Assembly: GCA_010909165.1 (NCBI GenBank)
Contig: VJWM01000238.1
Span: 62,001 to 126,000, forward strand
DNA: 64,000 bases
Direction of reading: 5' to 3'
Origin: Anthoceros angustus
Lineage: Eukaryota; Plantae; Anthocerotophyta
How positions within the stretch are numbered: position 1 is the stretch's first letter; every line of letters begins with the position of its first letter. Both the position numbers and the translations under genes were made by a program. Of the stretch, positions 12,901 to 22,743 are shown piece after piece. Below the pieces are notes generated by a model. The model was not told the origin of the DNA. It worked only from the letters and a program-made list of their open reading frames with translations, and ran no database searches.

Positions 12901-14713
12901 TGTAGGTGCAGATGTGCTAATCGCAAGTGCCATAGGGTTGTTGTGGCACCTAAATCGGTGGCTACTAAACTGAGATGTGTGGGCTGGACTAAATCTAGAG
13001 TGGGAAATATGCCCTTAGCCACGTAAAATAACTTACCACTCTGGGGATAGAAAAGCTTGACTAGCTGCAGCATGTCGACAACCTTTATGAGTAAAGATAA
13101 TTGTGCTAGTGGGTTGTCTCGTGGCTTGGGTGACTGACAGCAGATTGTGTGTTAGCGCAGGAACTTGTAGGACGTCTCGGATGAAGACAACATGATTCTG
13201 CAGTTGGACCTGCACCACTCCCTTACCAACTGCCTTGTGGGGAGAGCTATCTCCCATATAGACAGTTTGTGGAGCAGGTAAGGCTTCATAAGTAAAGAAC
13301 CAGTCTCTCCTTGGTGTCATGTGCTCTGTGGCTCCGCTATCTAGGAGCCATGAATCTTGGAAAGACTGAAAATTCAGTGTTTGAGACTGAGTTGAGAATA
13401 CATAAGAAGGGCCATGACCTACAACTTGGGCAGTGTTGACTGAGGCAGGAGTAGGAGTAGGGTTTTTAATCCCTGATACTCTGTCTCGTTTCTTCTTCCT
13501 GCAATCAGGTGCGATGTGCCCTGGTTTCTGACAGTAGTGACATGTTTTATTCCTATGTGCAGGATTGTTGGGAGGAGGGATCCGTTGGGATCCTCCAGCA
13601 GAAGAAGATGGTTTGCCGGTATTCCAGCGCTTCTTGCTACCAACGAACAGAGCAGATGTACTCGCTGGAGTACTTGAAGTTAGGTGAGATTGCCTTAGCC
13701 TAGCTTCATGCATAATTCTAGGGATTAATGTCTCAAGGGTTAAAGGATTGTTGGCTGTTGCACTGTTTGATTGTGCTGTGATAAAGGGGCCCCATGATAA
13801 GGGTAATGCTCTCAAGAGATGCATAACCTGTGTCTCATCATCCAAGGTTAATCCAGAGGAGATGACTGCATCTAGAGAAGCTTGCCAGTTTTCTAAGAAA
13901 TCTAGGACAGAATTGCCTTCTATGAGCTTGTTTGATTCCAATGGTTTTTGAGCATAGAGCCTAAAAGCCATGCTCCCCTCGTGATATGTGGATTTGAGCT
14001 TGTCCCGCATAGCTTTTGCTGTAGTTAATCTTTTGATGATAGGTATTAATCTATCCGCTACATGCAACAATATGTCAGATCGTGCTTGAGCATCCTTGAC
14101 CAACCATGTAGGTAAGTCAGCGTGGTTGGCTGCAGGCTGAACTTCTGTGCCTTTAACTACAGTCCATATGGAACTTCTTAACAGAAGCATCTCAAGACGG
14201 GGTGCCCAAGTGTGATTATTAACATTAGTCAATTTATCAATCTGATAGGCCCTGTTAATAGAGGGGTTTGCCATTGTGCTCAAATTGTACTTGCTAGGAT
14301 GTAGAATTAATGCTTTTTGCTTATCATGTCTAATTGTGATTGAATCTTGTCTAGGATTGCATAGATGTCATGCTGTCTCCTGTAAATGTCATCCACATAA
14401 GTGGAAAGAGAAGAAAGTTGGGTTTTGTGTTCATGATTTCTAGTTTGGGCATAGCTTATTGATTGCCTGACTAATCTGTGTGGTCTTTTGGTGCAGAAGA
14501 CTAATCTCTGTATCTGTATGGGCTGGAGGTGAGACATGTCTACCAGTACGAGGATCGGTTCTTGTTTTCTGAAAGTGAGAGGGAGTTTTCCTTCTACTGC
14601 TAGAATTCTGTTCATGACGATGAGAGCATCGAGGGCAGAATCTATGCATATTGTATAGTCTCAATCAGAGTCTGCCCTGCATCATGATTCTAAGCATGTT
14701 CGATTTTCGTTCT

Positions 14714-14900
14714 GCTCTGATACCATGTGATTAAACATGGAGAACATCAAGCACGAAGAGAATGCTCGTATCACAAAGTGCTAAAGAATCAAGTTTATGA
14801 GAGTTTTCAAGGCATCATAAGCGCCTGGACACAAAGAGACATGACCGTTCAGTTTGGTGTCTGTTCAGAGCGTAGAGCTTCATAAATGATCGCTTTCACA
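14714..14900 (-). repeat. 5' LTR (14726-14900) with tRNA-iMet primer binding site (14714-14725)
   Basis: The minus strand reads TGGTATCAGAGC immediately after the LTR end, the canonical plant iMet PBS. Confidence 0.93.
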
Positions 14901-16004
14901 CACCCTCTCCTTTACCAACGCCTCTACTTTAGCAACCCTACTATGTGACTGTAGAACACTTCCCCACGATGAGTGTCCAACTTAAACCACCTCCTCATCG
15001 GCCGCCAAGCGAAATTAACGGCCATCCCGATCCACTTCCTTCGGAGGCAACCAAGACCAGTTACCCACCAAGCCTTTGTACAGCGGAGTGCATCTGTCAA
15101 GTACCACTAAAACCATTCTGGGATAAAATCCCAACTCAAGAAGGTATTGTGCCTTCCCGCAATGTTAGCCGCTTGCATAGAGGTCCATCCACATAGCTAG
15201 CTTTGGCGAATCCAGGGGCAACAATAGTTCCATTTCAGTCTTGTCTCTGTTTTCAAAAATCCAACTTTCCTCCATAGCTTTTTCTTGAACTTTTTTGCAC
15301 CACCTAAGCTCAGGATTTGTGCAGATGTCATTACCAACTCCCAAATGCGGCAGAGCAGTTGATTAACATTCTGGGCACGATTGCCCCCTTCCACTACCGC
15401 TGTCTAATGGGTCCATAAAAAGAATAAGGCTTGCTCTTGTTGGGTGGGCTGAAAAACGGTATTCGAGCTATCCGTCTTCTGGTGCTATCTCGAGCTGAAA
15501 AACGAGCCCGAAATTTCGTACGAGAAGAGAAGCGATCAGCTCGGCATCTCAATTAATAGAAACCAACGAGTAGCTAATTATTATTTGGTACATCAACGAA
15601 TTGTCAGCAAACTGGGTGCTGCCATGGATTGGACTTGAACGAACCGGCCGAATTGAGCTTTCGAATGGCAGTATGTAAGGGTCGAAGATGGACGCAACTA
15701 TTAAACACATTGTAAAATACTATAAAAAATAAATTACATTACCTGCGTCCGAGTGAATTAGGAAATTTAGTTATCGCGGTCAAAAAATTAAGAAATCCAG
15801 CAGCTTATTTTTACAAAAGGGCTGCCAAGGAATACAATTGAGAACTAAGAGGTCTGAATTCTACAGAATGTCGTCTTGGCAACCAAGTTCATATATGTAC
15901 AGGGAATTTGTTAATGTGCACCACATCCACCAATCTGCCGTGCTCCTTTACTGCTGCTTCTTCTGGTGCTACAGAAAAACGGTATGGTTTACAACTTCGA
16001 TCCT

Positions 16005-17955
16005 CTAATAGGTTTTACGAAAATGGTTCCACTTCAGCAGAAGTTGCATCCAAAGTGGTGAAATGCCGGAGACACCGTTGGTCACTTTAGGATCGTACAC
16101 ATTGAAATTGGCCTTCTCAAACGAGTTTAACATCACTCCTGCTGGCACCTGCAAAGGAGCAACAGAGTCAAGTGGATATCGCCTGGCCGGTCCACCCAAA
16201 GGACAGGCTAATGCAAGCAAGAGCAATACCGCAGGTAGCAGCACAGCTTTGGCCTCTACAGGAAGCTTTTCTGATAGAACACGCGCTTTTTCCAGGTGGG
16301 CATTGGCCACTGAAGCTACCTGCGACTTCCCAGACAAACAGGATGGGGGGGCTATAAGTGATCCCCGAAAATGAGGCAACATGTATGTGATGGATCGATC
16401 AGCAGAATTTGGCACTGGGACTTGCGGTTACCTCATGCACAGCATTTGCCATTGCTTCTGGATTTTGTCCCCGGTATATCTCTTCCTGGGACAACCCATG
16501 CTATATTGCATGGCCCATGGTGAGCAAGAGCATGGGCAAAGCAGAAATCGAGATTCTGGCAGCAGAATTTGTCTGGTAAGAAATGATTACCCTGGCTGCA
16601 ACGTCAGTAGGAATATAGGTCCGTCGGCGCGCAGCATGCCATGGTAATGAACGAATCAGCAGTGCGAGGCCTGCTGCCTTCCCTGCTCACCAACCCTTTC
16701 AAATATTACTGTTCATCCCCAGTTCCTGGCAACATGCAGCAACAAGAAGGTGAACCTAACCTCAAACTATGGTCCCTCTGTTTCACATCTCCACATACGT
16801 AAAATCCACTCGCTGTTGAACACTCAACCTACCACTTTCACACCCAAGTTCCAGTTCCCCAGGATGTCCTACATTTCTACAGAGCCAGCTGCCACCACCT
16901 GAAAATTCAGATGACACGCACCTATATGAGAGGCGGCATGGTCCGCAGCCGTCGTTCGTATCCCAGCAGCTTCCAATGTCAGATACAGGAGTACAGATGC
17001 TGTGTTTTCGGCATACCTATCAAGCCCCAAAGCAAACAACTTCATTAGAGGGCGGATCCCCAGTGAGCAAACCAGTAGAAAACAAAAGCAACAAATGTAG
17101 GTGGAATAGTCATCCTCTCCAAGAGTTCCACCAAAGCTCAGCATACTCACTGCTCAATATCGTCAACATTCCTTGGGGGTGCTGTGGTTTCCAAATCACT
17201 AACCTGCCAATCCATTCACATCAACCAGCTCAAGCAAGTCCAAGACACAGAGAGACAGAGTCAAGATTTGCTGGAAAATCAAACAACAACAAACCTCACC
17301 CGTGCTTCCAGGAACCGGTTGAACCAATTTTTGCTAAGACGTCTGTCATGGATGACTGAATCAAGAGCCCTAACCACAGGATGCTCAACAGTCTTGTGCT
17401 GACAAGACGACATGTCCTCGTGTCAGATCTTGAGCCCAGCTATACATTCAGCATCCCCAGTCGCACACAGAACCACAGTCTCACCTTGTACAGTGCTTCA
17501 ACAGCATCACGCCAAAACACCATACGAATCAGAGCCAAATTTGCCTCTCTGACTTCACCAACCTACACACATTCGAATGTTTGAGCCTTACGACCTCAAG
17601 CCTTCAGAATATCTCCAAAGGATGAGCTCACCAACTTACTTTGGCAGTCTCCACATTGAAAGCCCGCAGAGCGAACGCAGCGGATCGAACCTCCGGTGGC
17701 AAGTGCAACAAACAGAGATAGTTTGCGTAGTCATATTTTCTGCATCTCCATCCGGAATTCAGACTCCAACCAAGCAGAGATCGGACACACTGAAAGTCCT
17801 AACAGATTTAGAATTCAGATTCCAACCATGCAAAGGTCGGGACAGACTGGAAATCCTCACACAACCTGGCCATCCAGCTACCTGACTTGCTCCACACAGT
17901 AGGAGAAGGCCTGTCGAAGTTTGTTGCTGCTGCTGGCTGCCACGGCGGTATTCAT
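16005..17955 (-). CDS. NDUFAF6: NDUFAF6-like complex I assembly factor (squalene/phytoene synthase fold), multi-exon
   Basis: ATG at 17955 ([24 protein letters not shown]). Exons read [80 protein letters not shown] and [18 protein letters not shown]. Confidence 0.85.
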
Positions 17956-18124
17956 GTAGGCTCCTCGGAGCTACCAGTCTCGGCTTCCTGCTTCGCAAAC
18001 TCGAGAGATCAAAAAGGCAACTTATGAAACGTATAGAAGTGTTTTGAAGGGCGAGAGTTGCGGCGGGAAGCTTTCATGAATCTTGTTGGGCAGTTCCAGT
18101 GATGCTCTGATCTTTCCAGCAGCC

Positions 18125-19648
18125 ATGGCCGGCGCTAACGGCGTGCACATGGAGGAGGACGGGTTCCCTGCGTCTCGCCTCTTCAATCAGGGCTTCGCAT
18201 ACACCTACGATGACGTGATCTTCCACCCTAAGTACGTGGATTTTCCCACAGACGCTGTGGATTTGTCCTCCAAGCTCACAAGGAACATCTCCTTGCGGGC
18301 GCCATGTATCTCTTCGCCGATGGACACCGTCACGGAATGGTCCATGGCGGCGGCTATGGCTGCTGCTGGAGGGATTGGGTTTGTGCACTACAACAATCTG
18401 CCTTGGGAGCAGGCGGAGCTCATCAGGCGGGCGAAGAACCAGAGGGCTGGGTTTGTGTCGGATCCTGTTTGTCTCAAGGCCTCCGACACTGTCAAGGATG
18501 TGGACTTGGTAAAGCAAGTGAGGGGTTTTTCTTCGGTGCTGGTGACGGAGAGCGGCCATGTTGGGTCCAGGTTGCTTGGGGTTGTGACTAGCCGGGACAC
18601 GGATTTTGTGGGCGATAGGCTTACTGAGCTGGGAGAAGTAATGTCCCGGGATTTGGTCACTGCCCCTGCAGGAAGCTCGCTGGAGGAAGCTTCTGCCAAG
18701 CTTGTGAAGAGTAGGAAGAGTTTGCTACCCCTGGTGAATGAGAAGGGGGAGGTGGTGGAGCTGCTGTGCAGGACGGACCTGAAGAGGAGCAGGGCCAACC
18801 CGGCGGTAGGGAGCCCGTCTTTAGGAGCTGATGGGAAGCTCCTGGTTGGGGCGGCGATCGGGACCAGGGAGGCTGATAAGGAGAGGCTACAGTTGTTGGT
18901 GGAGGCAGGTGTGAATGTCATTATCTTGGACAGCTCTCAAGGAGATTCCATCTACCAGACTGAAATGCTGAAGTATGTGAAGAAAGCTCATCCTGGTGTT
19001 GATGTCATCGGCGGGAATGTAGTAACAGCTTCCCAGGCAGCAAACCTAATTGCAGCTGGGGCTGATGGACTCCGAGTTGGCATGGGGTCTGGCTCCATCT
19101 GTACTACTCAGGAAGTGTGTGCTGTGGGAAGGGGGCAAGCTACAGCAGTTTACAAGACTTCACTGGTAGCCAGTAAGTCAGGAGTGCCAGTCATTGCTGA
19201 TGGTGGCATTTCCAATTCAGGTCACATTGTGAAGGCCCTTGTGTTGGGGGCTTCCACCGTTATGATGGGGAGTTTTCTTGCTGGAACTGAAGAAGCTCCT
19301 GGTGAGTATTTCTATCAAGACGGTGCCCGACTCAAGGCCTACAGGGGAATGGGCTCCTTGGAGGCTCAGGCTAAAGGAAGCGATGCTCGTTACTTTGGGG
19401 ACGAGTCTCGTTTGAAGGTTGCCCAGGGGGTTTCAGGAGCAGTGGCTGACAAGGGCTCAGTGATGAGATTGATACCATATACTTTGCATGCAGTGAAGCA
19501 GGGATTCCAGGATATGGGTATCAAGACTGTCCAGGCTGCGCACCGTCAGCTGTATTCTGATGAAATTAGGCTGGAAGTACGGACTGGTGCTGCCCAGGTG
19601 GAGGGCAATGTCCATGGGCTAGTCTCGTATGTGAAGAAACGTTTCTGA
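18125..19648 (+). CDS. IMPDH: Inosine-5'-monophosphate dehydrogenase with CBS pair, single exon
   Basis: Uninterrupted ORF containing YTYDDVIF, SSPMDTVTE, DSSQGDS, GMGSGSICTTQEV (catalytic Cys), IADGGI and YRGMGS. First ATG is at 18125; the ORF track starts upstream at a TTG. Confidence 0.97.
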   Translation: MAGANGVHMEEDGFPASRLFNQGFAYTYDDVIFHPKYVDFPTDAVDLSSKLTRNISLRAPCISSPMDTVTEWSMAAAMAAAGGIGFVHYNNLPWEQAELIRRAKNQRAGFVSDPVCLKASDTVKDVDLVKQVRGFSSVLVTESGHVGSRLLGVVTSRDTDFVGDRLTELGEVMSRDLVTAPAGSSLEEASAKLVKSRKSLLPLVNEKGEVVELLCRTDLKRSRANPAVGSPSLGADGKLLVGAAIGTREADKERLQLLVEAGVNVIILDSSQGDSIYQTEMLKYVKKAHPGVDVIGGNVVTASQAANLIAAGADGLRVGMGSGSICTTQEVCAVGRGQATAVYKTSLVASKSGVPVIADGGISNSGHIVKALVLGASTVMMGSFLAGTEEAPGEYFYQDGARLKAYRGMGSLEAQAKGSDARYFGDESRLKVAQGVSGAVADKGSVMRLIPYTLHAVKQGFQDMGIKTVQAAHRQLYSDEIRLEVRTGAAQVEGNVHGLVSYVKKRF

Positions 19649-20973
19649 AGGCAACCACGCTCTAGGGCCTAGACTAGTCCTTAGGGCATTCTTGTTATGG
19701 AGCATGCTATCCACAATTTTTGTTTGTCCCTTCGTTTTTCATACATTTTTTTGGGAGTGTAGCCTCACATGCCCTGCGATGAGCCAATTGGATCCTGAAT
19801 GCTTGACTCTCACAAATACTTAGCTGAAGTTCCCATTTTATTATTGTCCAATGCCTAATCGATAGGGCAAAGCTCAAATTGTAATCTTGATATGTGCATA
19901 TTATTTCTCTCTTTCTGCCAATGCAAAAGAGAAAAGGAGGGAAGGAAATAAAATATTTGTTTTTAACTGTTGATTGCAATGTCCTTAATATCAAGGTTAG
20001 GTGGAAAGGTGGATGTTGTTATTAAAATAGGTCATATGGTAGATTTTTAGATGTTATTGTTCATAGATATCACTCTAAATGTTATTATTCATTGATATTA
20101 CGGAAATAGGTTAGGTGAACAAGGATCCAGGGATTCTTAGATGTTATTAATAGATCATAAAGATTTAAGGATCCTTAGATGTTTTGAAAGAGCTCACATC
20201 AAGACCTTTGTGAACAATTTGTTTGTTCTTTGCTTTATTTTATGATTGTGCTATTCATGTGATTAGTTTCTCCTTTCTATTCCTAAAGAGTTATCTACTA
20301 AAAATCAATAAACTAAGAAATAGAATTGTTTAGTATTTGAGCAGAATATTGTATGTGTATAATGGATTGTATTATGGTAACTTATACAAAGTAATGTAGT
20401 ATTAAAAAAGATTGGATACATTAGTAAATTTTTTTCATGACAATAATAACTTTCATAATGATACATATATAGTTCTCACTAACTGATTTCTAATGATCCG
20501 ATAGATTGAGATAGAAGCACTACAAATAGATTGAGACAAGAATACTATGATACATAGATATAATGAAGTAACTTTCTATGATGCAGCATTAAGTTTTCTG
20601 CCAAGACAAACAAAGAGTTAACAAACTTTTAAAACACATTGTTCATTCAATGGAATGCTTTAAATTTGACTATGATAGATTGCATACATATTTTTTGAAA
20701 CTATTGAAATATTTATTTTTTAAAAGGAGAAAATAGATATTTCCTGTATGTATTGAATATACACAAGACAATAACAAGATTTGTTGCTACAAGAATCTAA
20801 AAAATGATCTAGATAGCAAACAAACTATTTTCAACCTTTGATGATGCTTGGTGTTAGAGAGCCAAGAGAAATGTATAGCTTGTGACATCAAGGAGCTGTG
20901 CTTATTATTCTTCTTAAGTTAAGTGAAGGTTTAACACTTAACTAAGCTCCAATCACTTGACATGAAAGTGTAT

Positions 20974-21658
20974 TTATTCAGAGGCGGATCCAGATGCAGA
21001 TCCAGATGCGGATCCTCCTGATCCTGAAGCAGAACCTGATGCAGACAAAGACTCATCACTCGAAGATGCTGGAGTAGCTGCGATAGTACTAGCACGTCCA
21101 CCGCCCTTTCCTCTGTAAAAATTATGAAATACATCATGAGTTTTCCATTTTTTGAACTAAACCCATTAGTCATTGGTGTATAACACAAGGCTTCAAATCT
21201 TACTTTTTGCGATCTCTCTCTGCTGCAGCAACGTAGGGCTGCATATACACATCAATAAGGTCTCAGTTGGAGTACCTCTTGTGAAAGAATAGGTGGATGA
21301 GATAGGACATGACAATGCATGGAAGAAGAGACAAAAATGTAGGCACTAGAAATATTAAAGTCAAATGCAACACCTTCTTTTCCTTGTCCGTCAATCTACT
21401 CCATTGATGCCCTAGCATGCGACCCAATTGCCCAAAAGAAACATTTGGATGACGCCTCTTCAAATCTTCCCGATTCTCTTTCACAAAGAACATATAAGGT
21501 CCCATTGGCCTTTTGGGTTTGCCTCGAGTAGCCCCCTTAGTCCGCCTGGTGCGGGCCTTGGGGGCTCCCCCAGTTCTCCTCACGCCCATCGCCTTGCTCT
21601 TCCCCTTCGTCCTCCCCCTACTCGTAGACCTGCTCCTTGAAGACCTTGCTTTTACCAT
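20974..21658 (-). CDS. Single HMG-box protein with Arg/Lys-rich N-terminus and Ser/Gly tail (3 exons predicted)
   Basis: MVKARSSRSRSTSRGR..., then the HMG box KPKRPMGPYMFFVKENREDLKRRHPNVSFGQLGRMLGHQWSRLTDKEKK, intron, PYVAAAERDRK, intron, tail ending SGSASGSASE*. The last exon is less certain. Confidence 0.85.
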
Positions 21659-21948
21659 CTCTGCAATAACCAACTTTGCATATTCTAATACCAAACATAG
21701 CTTACAACAAAAATAGGAGGAGGAGTATGGATAGTATGCACTGTGAAATTGCAATGGATCGAACCTGCAGCCTTGCAATTTGTGGCAGTTTATGTGTATG
21801 AGTTTTCTTCCCGTGCGTTTTTGTGTTTTATCACAAAATTTGAAAACAAAGGGCAGCAACAGGGCAGTGGCCACCCGCAAGCGACCGCCTGCCCTGGTTG
21901 CGCGTCGCTTCCTGATCTCACGCCTGCCTGGCTTTTGCGTCAGCCCGA

Positions 21949-22004
21949 ACGTTAAACCTGGTTACAGTTAACCGTCAACGGTTAACGCTCTCCAGGTTTA
22001 ACGT
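21949..22004. promoter_or_regulatory. 56-bp imperfect palindrome in the divergent HMG/helicase intergenic region, with an MSA-like AACGG core and adjacent site II motifs
   Basis: ACGTTAAACCTGG (21949-61) pairs with CCAGGTTTAACGT (21992-22004). GTTAACCGT (21967-75) pairs with ACGGTTAAC (21978-86). GGCCCAC follows at about 22011. Confidence 0.6.
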
Positions 22005-22743
22005 GGAGCAGGCCCCACCAGGCCCTTAAGAGCTTCCATTTGGGTTCCCGCCCTTTTCTTGGATGTGTCTGGATCGCGAAGCTCTGAATGAGGCTGAAAA
22101 CGATGCAATTCATCTCCTCTCTGGATCTCGTGTTTTGGAACGGATTTTTTTCCGTTCCGCTGTCGAGGATTATTCTGTCTTCGTGGTGCAGCGGCGAAGA
22201 GCTCCTCTGAGCTGCATTGGTGCGCGATCTTTGTGCTGTCTGGATGTGCTGCACTGCAAGGCTGTTGGCTTGGTAGTTGTGTTTTTTCCTGGAATTTGTT
22301 CTTGTGTGTCGGCAGATTGCAGGGGACTTAGAGCAGGAGGTGGATTTTCATGCCTGGCTGCTGCTGGTGAAAGCTTCAGACTGGTGGCGGTGGGCACTTC
22401 CGTCTGCTCACTGAACCGTGGGACTGTTGCAGGCTGGGGGTGAGATGGGCTTCGGAATGGAAGAAGCAAACCTGAATTAGAAAGCCTGGAGCTGTGGATC
22501 TGGAAGAAATTATCTCCTCTGTTGGCGGACCTGCATGGGAACAATTAATTCCCATTTGCATGAAAACGTGCAGCGCAGTGGAGCTCTGTTGAGTTGCAGT
22601 GGTGAGTGATGTCTCTTTTGGCTGAATATGTTGCATTGCAGGCTGAGAGGATGGCAGGTCAGTGTGCTGGACCTGGCTTGGCGGTGGGTTCAGCTGGAGC
22701 AGTGGTTTTGTGGCAGGTTGAGGGGTCCCGGATTTTTTAGAAG

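Larger units (their letters stand above)
9823..14900 (-). mobile_element. Full-length Ty1/copia LTR retrotransposon (~5.1 kb), frameshifted
   Basis: Two 175-bp TG...CA LTRs, a PBS and a PPT. Gag-pol order is Gag, CCHC knuckle (CHYCQKPGHIAPDC), protease (WLLDSGATEHM), WHLRLAH, integrase (LELVHADLCGP), RT (LYVDD), RNase H. The right end is ambiguous by 2 nt and no perfect TSD was found. Confidence 0.96.

Noticed and set aside
16180-16270. Apparent hydrophobic insertion ([12 protein letters not shown]..) in the NDUFAF6-like C-terminus
   Set aside because: It is bounded by GT...CAG and is an in-frame intron read through by the ORF finder.
18125-19648. Bacterial origin or contamination for the intronless IMPDH
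   Set aside because: The N-terminus and motif wording are plant/eukaryote type, and it is flanked closely by spliced plant genes.
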